DNA of 64,000 bases from Carcharhinus amblyrhynchos. Lineage: Eukaryota. Location of the stretch: NCBI GenBank assembly GCA_965287045.1, contig OZ336884.1, forward strand, positions 48,732,001 to 48,796,000. The letters are read 5' to 3'. Position numbers and translations under genes: made by a program. Of this stretch, positions 38,257 through 50,729 are shown piece by piece (the first letter of the stretch is position 1; each line of letters opens with the position of its first letter). The notes beneath the pieces are model-generated. The model saw only the letters and a list, made by a program, of their open reading frames with translations. It made no database searches and was not told the origin of the DNA.

Positions 38257-39191
38257 GGGGACGATTCTCCCAAAACTGCTGAATTGGTGGGAAAACTGTT
38301 CTAGGTCACGACTGTTTTCTCAGTTCAACTTCACATTTGAATCTCTGCACTCTGTGCACTGCAGAGGTCCCAGTTGTGAATATCGTTAAAAATTCGGGTG
38401 GCGGGGCCTATTCACACTGGGGTTTGACAGTTCTGGAACTCTGAGCATGAGCAGTGGCTCCGATCTGTCAGTTTCCCCGTTTGTTGGCAGCTTGATTGCT
38501 GGCCAGCCTGGAACCCCCGAAGTGCTGCCCGTCCAGTCCCCCCACCCCCCACCACCACCACGGCCCAGTTGCAGCCCCCACAATAATTCCCGGACCAGCC
38601 CTGACCCCATCCGTCCCGGAGCATCCCGATGTCCTGACCACCATCCCTCCACCCAGGGATGCAGACCCCCCCACCCCGGAAGATCACCCCCCCCCCACCC
38701 CTAGCCCGCCCCAACCACTGCCCTCCCTCCATCCGGCACCAATCTCCATGCTGAGTGGCAGCCAGGCCCACCATCTCCACTGATCACTCCTCAGACCTGC
38801 CCCTCCTTGGCACTGCCCAATGCTTGCTGAGAGGGCCCTGATTGCCCCCCTTCACTCCGGTGGGGTCTCTCGCTAGTTTCCCGAATGTGGGGAGCTACTC
38901 TGAACCCCACCGGAATGAAGTACTCCTGACGGGATGGGAGACTCAATCGGGACTGGCAAGTTTCCAATAATGACATTCAAATACATTTAAAATACATTAA
39001 AAAAAGATTCAAATGACTTACTTGCCTTCCTTCCAGTTTCCAGCATGGTCTGGATTCTAACTGTTCTCTGGCTCTGGGAGATGTGCATGTATTCCTGGTA
39101 CATGCACAAATCTAGGAATAAGGCAGACGATGTGCATCTCCCAGCCAGACCCCGCCAGAAAAGTTGTGAGTTGTTTTGGGAGAATCACCCC
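38257..39191. mobile_element. ~0.9 kb TIR element with C-rich core
   Basis: GGGGACGATTCTCCCAAAA ... TTTTGGGAGAATCACCCC; candidate CCT target duplication; related to 53107-54170. Confidence 0.8.
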
Positions 39192-39489
39192 CTCTTGTTT
39201 CTGCCATGTGACTAGAGCATTCCTTCTCATTGTCCTGATAAATAGTTTCTGATTGGTCGGGTACTGTTAGATATTGGAATCACTTATCCACACAATCAGC
39301 TTTCCGCATCCCAAGTGTGGAAGTTTCCATTCTCTGCACAGAGGCGAGAAAACCAACCTCCAATAGAAAACACGGGAATCCTCCCACATGCACACAGAGA
39401 TCTCCTACCCCCATGGAAATGGGGAAACCGCCATATGCAAAGTAGTGTTCAACATGGAGGAGCACTCATTAAGCAGCTGAAGGAAGGCA

Positions 39490-39730
39490 GTAAGTGGTAA
39501 TCAACAGATTGATTCCTTGCCCATGTTTGGCCTGATTACAGGAGACTTCATGGGACATGGAATCAATGTTGAGAACTCCTTTGGGCAGTCCCTCCCAGGT
39601 GCATACTGGTGCCACTTCTGGTGGGTCTGTTCTGCCAGTGATAAACGAGTCTGGGATGTTGGTTGTAAGGGATGATTATGTGTATATGACCATGTCAAGC
39701 TACTGCTTGACTAGCCCTGTTGACCAGTTA
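39490..39730 (-). mobile_element. LINE apurinic-endonuclease-domain fragment (CR1 lineage B-like)
   Basis: Minus strand GLVKQ..DMVI, QNRPTRSG, GVLNIDS..HEVS...KHGQG. Confidence 0.55.
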
Positions 39731-41044
39731 TTCATGTAATGAGAATCGGTTAAATTAAATTAATAAATATTGTGTGACATATTTGCATTATCAAGAATAT
39801 TAACTAGCAAATCACGCAAACAATTGCTCTGTTGTGAATTTATGGAGGAATTCTAAAAAAGCTCACTTTTAAGAAAGGAAATGTCCTGTTGCATTTTTCT
39901 CTGTCTTTCACTAGATGGCATTCAATGTACATCAGGATTTTGGCATGGTATGATAAGCATTCTCACACCAAGCATATGGTTAACTTAAAAATGATTCATT
40001 AGAATTCTTATCGTTCTGTGTTAATTTGTGAAAGCAATTAATGCTCAAGTATAATTAGAGTTGCACTCCATATAAGCTGATATCACTCTTTTAGTCAAAT
40101 AAGAGATGCTGCAGCATGATAGTGTCATTCTCAGCTTTTGCTACATTGCCGCAAAGATTTTTTTTGTTTATCCACTATGGGTGTACATGAACACCTGGAG
40201 AATTACGAAGAAAAATCATGAACTCCAATCTGCTTATACCTGATGTCAGAGATTGCGAGGGATTGAGTGGGAATGCAGGAACGGCAGGGGAAATCGCATG
40301 TATTCTACTTCATTATATTGAGTGACATTTAACTATGTATTAGTCAGATTCATTGAACAGAAAGGCCAGTCACCTTCAAGCTTTGGAAAGAAACAGTACA
40401 ATTACTCCAAATTACTCTCGAAATGGAGAAAGTTTAAGTCCGAACCTGTCGAGTCCTGTCTTTTCAATAAAACCTAATCACCTCACTGGCGAGAAAACCT
40501 GACAGCTGGTTGGAGGTACTTCCACTGTACCTTCAGAAACACTCATAACTCAGCATGGCTAAAAACAGATAAGGACATGATTCTTCTGGGACCTAGCCTT
40601 TCCTCAGTTGTTTCGTTTTTGGGCTGGTAGAGGGAAGATTCTGCGCCACTTCAGCAAAAGTTGCCAGTCTTTTGGTCTTCAGTAGGATCCAATGAAGGTT
40701 GGGTATGGCCAGAGCAGATGTGGGCCCCTCTAGCCCTCTGAGTGACACTGACATTCCAACGGGGAGCCAAATATCAGAATCTAATTTCAATGTGGTCCCT
40801 TTTCCATGGTTGGGAATAATTGCTCTAGTGGTGAGTGCACGATAGGCTTATCCCAACCAGTCTTCCTGGAGTCAATGGCAGCAGTCCTGACGATCACAAT
40901 TGCAGTTTAATCAGTGGAATGCGTGGTCTGAAGATTTTCGGGATGGTTCCAGTTTTAAATTTGTTTAAAGAGCCCCTTATTTTCCATTTTCCAAACTGAT
41001 AGACCTGTTGTCCATTTCAAGCAATTCCGTTTTATTTTGAAAAT

Positions 41045-41325
41045 GTTTATTTATTTATTAGTCACAAGTAAGGCTGACATTGATAATGCGATGAAGTTAC
41101 TGTGAAATTCCCCTAGTAGTCATAGTCCGGCATCTGTTTGGATCAATGCACCTAACCAGCACGTCTTTCAGAATGTGGGAGGAAACCGGATCCTCTGGAG
41201 GAAACCCATGCAGGCATGGGGAGAATGTTCAAACTCCATACAGACAGAGACCCAAGCTGGGAATCGAACCCGGGTCCCTGGCGCTGTGAAGCAGCAGTGC
41301 TAACCACTGTGCTACTGTGCTGCCC
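41045..41325 (-). mobile_element. V-SINE, tail B
   Basis: TTTATTTATTAGTCACAAG tail; B-box GAATCGAACCC on the plus strand. Confidence 0.92.
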
Positions 41326-42412
41326 ATATCTTAAGCATTTGCAGTTATTGTACAAATTATAGAAGATTGCATATTTTTAAAGCTGCCTCCTATCAAAATG
41401 GAGGCAAGAACCATATACACTTATACACCATGATAGCTCAGATGTAGCAGTGGTCAACGGTGCCACCCAACCCTGAAATCCTTTGTATTAGCTGTAGATT
41501 CCAGGACAGAAACATTTCACCCGGAACTATCAAACCTCATCTTTAATGAACAAAAGATAAAGAGAGAGAAAAGCCAGTGTCTTTGAATATGCAGTATGTG
41601 TGGGTGGACATTCAACATCTTTCATAAGCCTGCATGCCTGCTGATACCGACGTGCTTTCATTTTTAACTCACAGTGGGACTGACACCCCTTCTACCATGC
41701 AATTATTATTATACCCATGAGCTGCAGTCTAGATTGCAGATAGCTGGAAAGCAGTTGTGAGCCCAGAATAGCGTTTACTGTTGCATTTTAGCACATCTCA
41801 GGGAGACAGCAATCATAAAAAAAGTGACGAGAGACCAACAAACAAAAGAGTCCGACGCTGCGCACTTAGCACTATTGTTGACTGACATGGTCACAGCAGC
41901 AACTGTCACTGTCTCTTCAAGCTCCAGAATCCCAGCATTTATATTGCCAGGCTTGAGAGGACTCATTTAAGAATATTATTTTGAATTTTCATTCTTCTAG
42001 CTCAGCATGAGTCCTGCTATCTATTGATAACACAGGTGTTATCTGATCATTATTCATCTTCAAAGTTTGAAACTGATGGAAAGTGTTAATGGTACAAAGG
42101 CCCCATACCTGATTTCTTCTGATATTCCTGTCAGTTTCTCTTTACTTTAAGTTCAAACTTTCTCTTACTCTAGTACACATTGACTTTAATTTCTCCTTCT
42201 GGCTTTGTTATAGCTTGAGACTAGTTGTTCTTTGAATTTGAAAGGAGTTGTTATCAGTTGTTTGGAGCACACTTCTGTGTCTTAATCTGCAGTAACCAAG
42301 TGTCAGTCATTCAATTGTTTTTTTTTAATTGTCTCCTTTATGAAACATATATCAGCAGCTTCAGGTGGGAGTAGGGATAGTGCATGGTGGAGGTGGTGGA
42401 TGGTGGGAGTTA

Positions 42413-43351
42413 TAAGAACATAAGAACATAAGAAATAGGAGCAGGAGTAGGCTATCTAGCCCTTCGAGCCTGCCCCGCCATTCAATAAGATCATGGCTGA
42501 TCTGTCGCTGCTCAGTTCCACTTTCCCGCCCTCTCCCCATAACCCTTAATCCCCTCTCTTATCAAAAACCCATCAACCCGCGTCTTAAAAATATTTAGCG
42601 AGGCAGCCTCCACCACTTCAACGGGCAGAGAATTCCAGAGATTCACCACCCTTTGAGTGAAGAAGTTCCTCCTCAACTCCGTTCTAAACTGCCCCCCTTT
42701 TATCTTGAGGCTGTGCCCCCTAGTCCTACTGACTTTTTTGAGCGGGAAGAGTCTCTCCACCTCTATCCTATCCATCCCATTCATCATCTTATACGTCTCA
42801 ATGAGATCTCCCCTCATTCTTCTAAACTCTACCGAGTACAAGCCCAGTTTATTCAGCCTCACCTCATAGCTCAATCCCCTCAACTCCGGTATCAGCCTAC
42901 TAAACCTCCTCTGCACTCCCTCCAAGGCCAAAATATCTTTGCGCAGGTGCGGCACCCAAAACTGCACACAGTACTCCAGCTGCGGCCTCACCAATGCCCT
43001 ATACAGCTGCAGCAAGACCTCCCTACTTTTATATTCAATCCCCCTCGCTATGAAGGCCAGCATCCCATTCGCCTTCCTGACCACCTGCTGCACCTGCAGG
43101 CTGGGTTTTTGCGACTCATGCACAAGGACCCCGAGGTCCCTCTGCACCGTCGCCTGCGTCAGTTTTTCGCCCCGTAAGTAATAGTCCTTCCTACCATTCT
43201 TCCTACCAAAGTGAACCACCTCACACTTGCCAACATTAAATTCCATTTGCCATTTCCTGGCCCATTCGCCCAGCCTATCTAGATCCTTCTGCAGACTCTC
43301 CACACCCTCCGCACAATTTGCCGTTCCCCCAATCTTGGTGTCATCAGCAAG
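42413..43351 (-). mobile_element. Young CR1/HER1-like LINE, 5'-truncated at the ADD motif
   Basis: Begins at GCTGATGACACCAAG (ADDTK); tail as in the 31753 copy. Confidence 0.95.
42512..43303 (-). CDS. Partial LINE ORF2 (RT C-terminal part), 263 aa, uninterrupted; not a host gene
   Basis: LQKDLDRLGEWARKWQMEFNVGKC...RDLGV...LVRPQLEYCVQFW. Confidence 0.85.
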   Translation of the reverse strand: MESLQKDLDRLGEWARKWQMEFNVGKCEVVHFGRKNGRKDYYLRGEKLTQATVQRDLGVLVHESQKPSLQVQQVVRKANGMLAFIARGIEYKSREVLLQLYRALVRPQLEYCVQFWVPHLRKDILALEGVQRRFSRLIPELRGLSYEVRLNKLGLYSVEFRRMRGDLIETYKMMNGMDRIEVERLFPLKKVSRTRGHSLKIKGGQFRTELRRNFFTQRVVNLWNSLPVEVVEAASLNIFKTRVDGFLIREGIKGYGERAGKWN

Positions 43352-43560
43352 TCAGGGAGGTGGATGCTGAGGGTGGGTGGGGGGTGGTTGGTGGCAGTCA
43401 GGGTAGTGGGCGGTGGCAGTCGGGCTGGTGGGAGTTGGGGTTGTGGGGCAGTGGGAGTTGGGATGGTGGGTAGAGTAAGTCGGGGTGGTGGGAGTTGGGG
43501 CGGTGGGAGTCGGGGCAGTGGTGTGGGGTGGTGAAGGATTGGAGTGGGTGGTGGCTTGGC
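43352..43560 (+). repeat. G-rich degenerate minisatellite (GGTGGGAGTTGGG-like units)
   Basis: Repeated GG/GGG runs; similar units at 42364-42410 on the other side of the LINE. Confidence 0.8.
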
Positions 43561-44179
43561 AGAGAGTGGATGGCAATTCATCCAAAAACAATGGTTTCAC
43601 ATCATTAGACCTGGACAAATGGTACGTTTGAAAATCAAAAAATTTTACTGTCCAATTTACATGTTCGAAAAACTGAATGTTATGGTGCCAACTGGACTGT
43701 TGGCAACCCTCCGCATATGAGCATGCGTACCGTATTTGTGTAACTCTCTTAATATTGGTGAATATGTAGTTATAACTAGCTTCCCAGGAAAATGAATGAA
43801 TCTGTTATTGATGTTCTTCAACATGAGTTGCCTTTGTTCAATATGTCTGGAACGTTTATGACTGTTTGTTTGAATGCTGCATCTGGGTGAATATTTTATT
43901 GAGATGTTCAGAAAAAAGGCTGTTTCAATAGCTTTCTTTTCATTGAAATTTTAATTTAGATTCCCATGTACTGAGGATTTTTCTACCAGGGCTTCAGGAA
44001 ATGTATTTGTGGAACTAGCCTATCAGTATTGTAGTTAAATAAGTATTCTGCAGAGTGAAATTTGATTGCTTTTTCCACAACTGCTGATGTTGTATATCTG
44101 CACCTTGAATTGTGTTAACCTCTATAAGTGATTGGTTTTCTGCATACTTGTGACTGAATTGTGAGGCCAGGGCATGCTT

Positions 44180-44464
44180 GTATTATTTAGTGCCTTCACA
44201 TCCTCAGGATAAGGTCCTTTATAACCAATGAAATATACTTGAGATTAGTCACTGGGGTTTACAGGTAAACGTGCCAGAGCATATGCACAAATCGCGAATG
44301 AGATTCATGACAGGGCAATCTATTTTAGTGGTGTTGTTTGAGGGAAAATTGTTGACTGGCATCCAGGAGAACTTCCTACTCTTCATATAAAAATGTGGGG
44401 TGGGAATTACATCTGTTTGAACAGGCAGGTAAACTTCAATTTAACCTCACACAGGATAGATAAT
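44180..44464 (-). mobile_element. Ancient Deu-domain SINE, left half (continues at 49323-49435)
   Basis: ...TTTAACCTCAC..A.GA | CA..TCCAACAATGCA..CCTCCCT...GTG.CAGCCTA continues across the transposon. Confidence 0.6.
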
Positions 44465-45569
44465 GGGGGGATTTTGAGCCCACACTCTGTGTGCTGAGAT
44501 TAGCATCGTGTGCATGATATCTGGAGAGATTCGGAAGACACAATTTGCAATGGTGAGTTTTCAAGCTCCAATATTCCGGCCCCCTCACTGGCGGAGTAGT
44601 GTGAAACATATTGCAGGATCTCAGGAAATTCATTTTAATACATTAGCATGTCATTAGTGAGCACACTCTCCTGAACTTCCCCCTCACTGGTTATTCAGCG
44701 AGTGCCTTTTACAACAGCTCTGCATAAGCGTGAACCTGGGTGCTTTCACCACCGAGGGGGAATTCAAAGGTGAGCGCTCAGGCAGCCATCAACCTCTGGG
44801 GTGTTCACTGCTCAGGAGACACTGGGGAGGACTCAAGGGACACAGGTAGGTTCAACTTGGGAACGAGGTGGGAGGCCCAGAATCGCCACACCGGGAAAGG
44901 GGCGAGAGGGATCACTTGCCTGTCTTTCCTTCCCATCACGTCAGGGCACCCCTTGTTTTACAGGTGTTGTGAAAGCTAGTATGCTAAAATTCTCGGAAAG
45001 GCTGTAACATCACATAGATAACACTGATGTTCCCCGCTATGCAAGGTGATAGTGATGTTTATCATCACGCACACCAGTCGAGGTCATGACAGGGTCATTG
45101 ATAAGGTCCCCCTTCAGGATGCAAGTGCTGGTCATGTGCATTCATTCAACTGTCATTTAACATGATGCCAGATTTCTTTGGGGGGACTTGGGGGCTGGGA
45201 CAATGCAGGCATTTGGTGCTACTGAGACCCTGGAGGCTCCACGTCTGCATCCTGCTGATAGTGACAAATGTGGAGATATGTCTGTAGTGTCAGAGTGGAG
45301 GGGTGACATTGAGGCAACTGTGCCAAGATTGGGGGGTAGTTCCAAAGGAATCAAGAGAAGAGCATTGGGATTCTCTCACAAACCCTTATATCTCACTGTG
45401 GTCTTCTCTCCTTTACAGTGCATGGTTTGGAGGATCATGGAACCTGTCAATTTGACAATGCTACTTATTGGCAGAGCAGAGCGACAAAGACACCAACATG
45501 CCACAGCACCTGGCCAGGACCAGCACTCCTCGGGGGAGTTGTTGCTGTTCTGGGAACAGACTGTGAACC

Positions 45570-46890
45570 TCATATGGACTAGCTGAGGGTATTCCGGCAT
45601 CAGTCATCGTACCTGCAGATTTCAGAGGTTCAGTGCTGTAGAAGGCTACATCTATCCTGGGGGCGGTGGACCAACCCTGCCAGATCCTGCAAGAGCTGGC
45701 ACCACATGGAATGGGAAAACATTCACTGCCTGTGATCTTTAAATAAGTAAAGTTTATTTATTAGTCACAAGTAGGCTTACATTAATGCTTCAGTGAAGTT
45801 ACTGTGAAAATTCTCTAGTCACCACGCTCCGGCACTTGATCGGGTACACTGAGGGAAAATTTAGCATGACTAATGCACCTAACCAGCATGTTTTTGGGAG
45901 GCAACCAGAGCATCTGGAGAAAACACATGCAGGCATGGGGAGAATGTGCAGACTTCGCACAGGTAGTGACCCAAGCTGGGAATTGAACTCAGGTCCCTGG
46001 AGCTGTGAGGCAGCAGTGCCAACCACTGTGCCATCGTGCTCAGAGCCGCTCTGAATTTCGATGTGAGTGACTCATTCCAGGGCAGTACGGGAGACTTGTG
46101 TGCCATCTCCCAATCGGACACACAAATGCATCTAGAAAGTTACACATGTTCTTTATGTGAGGACTTTCGTTTGTATCGGGGCCAGGCGAGCCAAGATACC
46201 AGGGCCATGGGCTTTATCAGTTTAGTAGGCTTGTGCTAGCGCAAGGTTTGAATGACTGCTCCATGTGGCCCTGCACTCGCTATGGCACCTTGCAGCACCA
46301 TTAATGAATTACAAGTGATACAATTCCCTCATTGAGCAACTTATCTGTGACCACATAATGCACATCATGCTGGTGTGTGCCTGTTTCCTGAGGAGCATCC
46401 ATGACAGCTACATCTTTGGATGCTCTTAAATTCCAGTTATCTTTGAAGGAGAGGCTAGAGGAATGGCTCCTCAGGGACAAAGGTACCCACTCAGGAGGTG
46501 GCTGATGACATCAGTGCAGAGGCCACAAACACCAGTGCAGACTCGTTACAATGAGGCTCATGCTGCAATTCATGTGCTGGTCTAGCAGGCGATTGGCCTG
46601 CTGAAGATGCCGTTTTGGTCCCTGGACCAGTCAAGGGATGCCCTACAAAACAGCACCCAGAGGATCTCCTGTATCACTGTAGTCTGTTGTGTTCACCACA
46701 ACTTGGCGCTACAGAGGGAAGACCACCTGGAACTGGAGCAATGAAGGACAACCACATCACCTCGGATGAGAAGGATAACGAGGAGGGTGGTGAGGATGAT
46801 CACGCAGAGGAGGAGGCAGAAGAAGCCCAGGTAGTGGTCAGGGCCTGATTGGGCTGATGGGTTAAGGATGGCCTCATAGTGTCTTGTTTC
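45570..46890 (+). pseudogene. HARBI1-like DDE transposase pseudogene
   Basis: SYLQISEVQCCRRL, AALNF..SDSFQGSTGDLCAISQS, QLICDH...HDSYI, LRDK/YPLRRWLMT...RYNEAH...QAIGLLKM, acidic tail; multiple stops and frameshifts. Confidence 0.9.
45742..46039 (-). mobile_element. V-SINE, tail B, inserted in the transposase
   Basis: Tail B, V-domain and head; the transposase resumes at ~46040. Confidence 0.92.
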
Positions 46891-47120
46891 AGGGATGAAC
46901 AGGACTGGGGAGTGACTAGCTCTCCCACCATGGCTTCTAACATCTAACCAGCAATAAGGTGCTAGCAATATGCTCTCATGTTGTTGCCAAGCATCATGTG
47001 CAGAGTGCTGAAGCTATTGGCCAGACTCCACAGGGGAATGAAGCTGACTTGCATTGAGGAATATTCCTTTCATCCTCTGCGATATGTCTGACTCTTGCCT
47101 AACACAGAGCATCACACATC

Positions 47121-47919
47121 TGTGACATTAGTGTACCTTTAAGAAAGGTTTTATTCAAAATATGGTGGCTGCAGCTCTTACAGTTTCAGTGGTTTCTTAG
47201 CTCACAGCCTTAGTGATGTCATCGTTGCCTGGCTAACTATGATGAGTCCTTTGCTTCTTAAGTGGCTCAAATGGCCTTGTTTGTGTTTACTGTGGGATTA
47301 GTTTTATGATCCTACATTGTTAGGAGGTCGGTCCTGTGTTTTTGGACTTTTTTTTTCATTTTCAGTTTGGAGCTGCAAGTTTGAGTTAAAAAGCTAAAAA
47401 GAAGTGTTTTCTCTCTGTTGTTTTAAAAATTCTGTTGGTTAGCTGAAAACAAAATCTTGTTTACCTGAAGGGTGGAAATCTGCTGTTGTTGGGGCTGGAC
47501 CGGAGTCTTTCTGGTGTTTTAGGAAACTGCTTTGGCTTCAAATTGTTCAGAGCGAATCCAGGGAATTGCAGATTTCAACCAAAGGACGCAATTTCCAGTA
47601 TTAAGTGAGAACCTCTTTTGCTGTGTTGAACTTGTTTAAAAGGTTTTGACAATGGTTCTGGTTTTGATTGGAACATCTTAGATATATCCATTAAGAATTA
47701 TATGTCATTGTGGTTGTTCTGTTTCTGGTTTGTAATTGATAAAAATTCTTGCTAATTTTTCTTGCCAGTTAACTATATTCTTAAATAAACTAATGGGTGA
47801 TTTGAATCACACCTGAAATAGTCCATCTCATGCTTAGCCTAGCCAAATTCAAAATGCAGAACTTATAATCCAGGCAGGCCCAATAAAACACTTTGCTATT
47901 TCTAACCTGAACCATAATA
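47121..47919 (+). mobile_element. Solo LTR (~800 bp)
   Basis: TGTGA ... CATAATA ends, flanks CATC/GATC, T-rich interior with AATAAA near 47784. Confidence 0.65.
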
Positions 47920-49482
47920 GATCCTGCCATTGAATGGGCTTATCTTAGTGCTCAGAAATGTGGGATATGGTGTCAGCTATTGCAAACCCCACCCACATCA
48001 GGGGTCCTGGTGTTTGTATCCATCTTATATCCGAGGTGGCCAGCCTGGCAGCACCTCAGCAGCCCTTGACCTCGTGATCACTAGGGAACACTGTTAGACA
48101 TGAGAGGTGTGCACTTTGATAGATTTGGCAGTGAGGGGGTTCGCTTTTCCATTGGGAGATGGGCTCCAGAATGGGAGGGGGAAGGAGGGGTGGCATGCCA
48201 GCAGCAGCGCCTCCATACTATGTCACCAGTGTTTTAAACCCAAATAAAAATATATATTTATATGCATATCAATTGCACTACTGTCATTACACTATCTACA
48301 ATAGTGCCTATGTTCATTTGTGCCTATTAAGTACTTACAATTTCTTAATCATCCTGACGTTCCCACAACACCTATATGCTTCTCCAGGATCCACAGTTGA
48401 GGATGAGTCAGCCTGCTGACTTCCCTTGCAGTGTTGGCCTCATTGCACTGAAGTGAAGCCACCATCTCCTTGGGTAGAAGATGATGGAAAACTCTATTTG
48501 GCTTTGCAGCCTGGGGGCTGCTGTCATCTCTTCCTGATATTCATGACTCTGCCTTTTCAGATCTAGCAGCTGTGGGATGACTGGGCCCAGGGGCCTGGGG
48601 CTCAGTCGAGGGCTGGGCTCTGGCCTCCATCTGAGTGCCATTCCCTGAAACTTCACTGCCATGGATCTTCAGCTGTGAGGTGCTCACTAGGAGGGAACAT
48701 GGTGATTGAGGGAGAGGGAAATGAAGTCCTTGTGCCTGGTTTTGGAAACCCCTGAGGTGGCTGGGTGAGAGATGGAATTGCAAGTGGGAGAGATGTCCAA
48801 GAATGTCCAGAGGGGGACTGGAGGTGGTTCTCTTACCTTGGCTGAGTAAAGAAGATCATTCAGCTTCTTCCAACCCCACTGGTCCATCCTCTTTTGAAGT
48901 GAGCTTGAACTCACCAGAGCTGCCACTGTATCCCAAGCCAGAGTGGCGGCCCTGCTGAAAGGCCATCTCCTGGAGCAGGTGCTGGAGTGGGAGTAGAGTG
49001 CATCTCATCTCTGTTGCACCCACTCCAGCATTCTGGTGAGGAATCCTTCCAAAAAGCGAGATGTGGACTTCCAGGCTGCCACCCTCAGGGTTAGATCTGG
49101 AACAAGTACTGGGGAGTGCTGGGGTGCTGCCGGTATGGAGCTCCCCACTGATTGTAGCCATTAAGTCATGGTGGAGAAGGTGAATCAGGTGGAATACACC
49201 ATGGCGTGATTCTCATGGGCATAAAAAATTTCACTAATGAGGCATAACATTCAATATGATGAGAATCACTCCATTTTCATGGCAGAATCAACACCCTGTC
49301 ATTTTTTGGTAAGATTCTGTCTAACATATCCAACAATGCAAACCTCCCTTAGAAATAGAGTCAAGTGCCAGCCTATATTGTGCATTCAAATTCAGAGGTA
49401 AGAATGCTAATAAATTAGCCAAGCTAACAGCTCAACGACTCCATAGGTTCAGCATAATGCCTATTTAATTTTATCAGACACT

Positions 49483-50453
49483 GGGCCAAATTTACCATCA
49501 CGTTGCACCCGTTTTTGGATGTGAAAACTTGGTAAAGTTGGGCATGAGGTGAGTAACGCCCATTCCTCCTTTACCAATGGCTGAAAATAGCCACAATCTG
49601 GACCGTGCCCGTGTGAGGTCAATTTAAATGCATTTGCATGCATTTCAGTTGACTTAATGGGCTGCATGCACAAGCTTACTGGCACTTTCCTCTTTACAAC
49701 CCCGTTTGTTTTGATTCAGATGCCCCAGTTTCTGAAGAGATAAGTTCAGAGCTTCCAATGGCTCAGATTGGTGGTGGTGGGGAGGAGTGAAGCGGATCAG
49801 ATCACTCTCTGGTGGAGGGGAGGGAGTTGATCAGATGGCTCTCTGGTGGAGGGGAGGGAGGCAGGTCAGATCCCTCTCTGGTGGGGGGCAGGGAGCAGAT
49901 CAGATGGCTCTCTAGTGGGTGGTGGTGGTGGGGATGCAGGAGCTAGGGGAGTCCGCGCCACTCTGCATGTGATTGGTGGGGGAATGGGGGTGTCCGCTTC
50001 TACTCTGCATGCGATCGGTACGGGGGAAGCGGGGTTCCCTGCTGCTGTGTGTGTGATCGCTGGGGAGAAAGGGGGGCATGGGGCCTCCATTGATCTGGGT
50101 AGGTGGTAGGTGGAGGATAAGGGGGTCAGTTATGTTGTAGGGGTGGGGTAATGTCTGTGGGAGCCAGCGGGAGGCATTATTGGGCTTGGGAACAATGTGG
50201 CATGGGAGCATTTTTCTAATTTTCTAATTTACTTTTTCTGCACATGCGCAGTTGAAGGCTCTGATTGGAGCTGCAGGGTTTTAGGCACAATAAGCCCTGC
50301 CCACGGACTTCTGCAGTGCGATTCAGAAGTGCTGATATTTTTTAAGGGAGAGTGTGTATGGGGGTGCGGAGAACAGGTCTAAAAATCAGATCTGAAACAC
50401 TCCCAGTTTCAAGTCCACCCAGCACTTAGAACTAAAATGGTAAAAGTGAGCCC
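49483..50453. mobile_element. Complete non-autonomous TIR element with G-rich tandem core
   Basis: GGGCCAAATTTACCAT ... ATGGTAAAAGTGAGCCC; sister of 20953-22053. Confidence 0.85.
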
Positions 50454-50729
50454 TTAGTATCATGAAGTTGCTCGCTGCATCTCTCTTCATATCTATTATT
50501 AGTTGCATCTTCGTGTGCATTTTGTTAATCAATTGGAGCAAATCTTTTAAACTCATCTGTTTTGTTGATTATACATTTGAAATATCTCCATGCTGCAGGA
50601 TAATAATTGCTATCATGAAGCTGAAATTTCAAAAGTGAAAAAAGTCTCCTGTATCTCAGACACAAATGTGTCAGATTATGCCTCAAGCAGTGTGAAAACA
50701 GCATTATGCTGGATGTATCTCAGCCCACG

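Larger units (their letters stand above)
44465..49322 (+). mobile_element. PIF/Harbinger DNA transposon fossil
   Basis: Decayed ends GGGGGGATTTT / AAGATTCTGTCT, flanks AAT/AAC, transposase remnants inside, host SINE split at both ends. Confidence 0.8.

Noticed and set aside
41775-41970. Possible exon after TTTTAG (RETAIIKKV...)
   Set aside because: No homology that I can recognise and no good donor
43560-43630. Exon ending ATG|GTACGT
   Set aside because: The upstream sequence is G-rich repeat with no acceptor
45570-46890. Domesticated HARBI1 gene
   Set aside because: Many stops and frameshifts, a SINE insertion, and transposon ends present
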